A stretch of DNA of 64,000 nucleotides from Squalus acanthias. Lineage: Eukaryota. Of this stretch, positions 61,745-64,000 are shown piece after piece. Below the pieces are notes generated by a model. The model ran no database searches and was not told the DNA's origin. It saw nothing but the letters and a program-made list of their open reading frames with translations. How positions within the stretch are numbered: position 1 is the first letter of the stretch; each line of letters begins with the position of its first letter. Made by a program: the position numbers and the translations under genes. The DNA lies in NCBI GenBank assembly GCA_030390025.1, contig CM059432.1:12710001-12774000 (forward strand), read 5' to 3'.

Positions 61745-62955
61745 TGAAAGTTAAAACCTTGGGGTAGAGGAACAAAGGGATCTCGGAGTACAAATACACA
61801 AATCACTAAAAGTTACCACACAGGTTAGCAAGGTCATAAACAAAAGCAAACCAAGCACTAGGGTTTATTTCTAGAGGGATAGAATTGAAAAGTAGGGAAG
61901 TTATGCTAAACCTGTATCGAACCTTGGTTAGACCACACTTAGAGTACTGTGCGCAGTTCTGGTTGCCATATTATAAAAAGGATATAGAGGCACTGGAGAG
62001 GGTGCAGAGAAGATTTTTACAAGGATGATACCAGAAATGCGAGGGTATACATATCAGGAAAGGATGAACAGGCTGGGTCTATTTTCTCTTGAAAAAAGAA
62101 GGCTGAGGGGTGACCTAATAGAGGTCTTTAAAATTATGAAAGGTTTTGATAGAGTGGATACGGAGAGAATGTTTCCACTTGTGGGGAAGAGCATAACTAG
62201 AGGCCATCAATATAAGATAGTCACCAAGAAATCCAATAGGGAATTCAGAAGAAACTTCTTTACCCAAAGGCTCCTATTTCTTATGTGCTAAGTTATGTAG
62301 TGGTGAGAATGTGGAACTCGCTACCACAGGGAGTGGTTGAAGCGAAAAGTATAGAAGCAGTTAAGGGGAGGTTGGACAAGCATATGAGGGAGAAGGGAAT
62401 AGAGGGTTATGCTGATAGATTTAGATGAGGAAAGACGGGAGGAGGCTCGTGTGGAGCATAAACGCCTGCATGGACTGGTTGGGCCAAATGGCCTGTTTCT
62501 GGGCCGTATATTCTATGTAATCCTATGTAATCTTTTTGAAATGTTACAGTCAAACCTTCGTAAAATATTAAATAATGCTTGCATTTATATAGAATTACAT
62601 AGAATTTACAGCACAGAAACAGGCCATTGGCTCAACTGGTGTTTATGCTCCACATGAGCCTCTTCTAACCCAATTCATCTAACCTATCAGTATATCCTTC
62701 TATTCCTTGCTTCCTCATGTACTTATCCAGCTTCCCCTTAAAGCATCTATGCTGTTCACCTCAACCACTCCCTGTGGTAGCGAGTTCCACATTCCAACCA
62801 CTCTCTGGGCAAAGAGGTTTCTCCTGAATTCCCTATTGGATTTATTAGTGACTATCTTATATTTATGGCCCCTAGTTTTGATCTCCCCCCCACAAGTGGA
62901 AACATCTTCTCTACATCTACCTTATCGAACCCCTTCATAATTTTAAAAGAGCCAT
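61745..62955. mobile_element. Two CR1 3' fragments, tail to tail (61745-62530 +, 62588-62955 -)
   Basis: LYRTLVRPHLEYCAQFW...RLRGDLIEVFK; 3'UTR hairpins. Confidence 0.9.
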
Positions 62956-63942
62956 CTCTCAGGTCACCTCAGTTTTCACCGCAACCTGTTCACTCTTTAG
63001 CACTTTTATCAAATCAAAATGTGTCAAAGTGTTTCGCACAATGTACTTCCAATGGAATTCAGTGACAGTTGTTACGTAGCTAAAAACTGAACTTGAAATC
63101 AAAAGCCTTCTAACACTACTATGGTATTTTTTGTACGGCTTGTGTTCCCGACACAGAGCCTTACTTAATGGGAGTATGGGTCGGAGAATCAAATGACTAA
63201 ACAATCAGGAGCACTGTGAATTGGGTGAGCTGCGATTGCAAAATGATTCTCCAATCTGTGGTCTCCATTGGGAACGGATCCTCACTTTGCAAAATTCATC
63301 CTTATATTTTTCACTTTTTTGCCATTTCACTGCAGGGCTGTTCTAATGGGAGGCACAACATTGACTTGTAAGCGGAAGTCAATCTGTTACCGTTACTGAG
63401 ATTCCTTTTGAACTTAAAAGATTGGTTCCTCTTAAAAGGAATACATCTGTTATGTTGAGAGAAACAGAAATGTTTGAAATGCACAGCCTTTCAATCAGCA
63501 ACTGACGGAAAAATTGTGGCTCTTGTTTGGGGTGTGATCGCTCAACAGGACTTGCCAAATACCCTGCTCGTGGAAAACCGCTAAGGACTTACGAAAGCAA
63601 ACAATGCTGAATCACCTGTCAGGAGAATCTGCCAATAAAAAAAACGTAAAGTGATCAAATCAATGGAAATGCATTTGAATAGAAAAATTCCCATTTCTCT
63701 TTCCATTAGTGGGAGGGATAATTACAGCATGACCAGTTTAGAAAGGCAGTTCCCATTATAAATGCAGACATAGGGATCTATCATGGCAAAGTTGACACAG
63801 GAAGTGTAAGATATTTAATATATTACTAGTCTATGTCCCCCGTGGTGTTGCACACAGCAATTTGGAGAATATGGTCTCTCTTACCTATCTCTGCTGTCTT
63901 CATGTTGCTGTTCCTCTGTCACTCTTCTGCTTCTGTCTCTCT

Positions 63943-64000
63943 CTTCCGTAACATCGCCTGTCTCTGCCCTTGCCTCAGCTCATCTGCTGCTGAAAACCTC
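63943..64000 (+). mobile_element. L2 fragment running off the window
   Basis: Matches 51975-52035. Confidence 0.8.

Noticed and set aside
1..64000. CRISPR array, rRNA or prokaryotic operon
   Set aside because: No regularly spaced repeats or rRNA signatures; content is vertebrate TE sequence throughout

Overview
This is eukaryotic, transposon-dense vertebrate DNA, most likely from a cartilaginous fish (inferred from the repeat families: many CR1 LINEs with 8-nt microsatellite tails, L2, and DeuSINE/SacSINE1-like SINEs). I could not recognise any host protein-coding exon, rRNA, true tRNA gene or CRISPR array, so the window looks intronic or intergenic. It contains many CR1 copies, a second CR1-group LINE family with a partner tRNA-SINE, L2 and RTE fragments, decayed PIF/Harbinger elements and MITEs, an LTR-like stub at the window start, and a two-LTR Gypsy element (25958-29703) whose gag-pol ORF lacks the protease. 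The most notable structure is a very young Penelope-like (GIY-YIG) insertion (34165-35216) with identical 121-bp inverted pseudo-LTRs, each carrying a minimal hammerhead ribozyme. It splits an otherwise uninterrupted CR1 ORF2. All recognisable parts belong to known TE classes; what may be new is their arrangement, and I found no convincing new system. Boundaries of old repeats are approximate and were read by eye.
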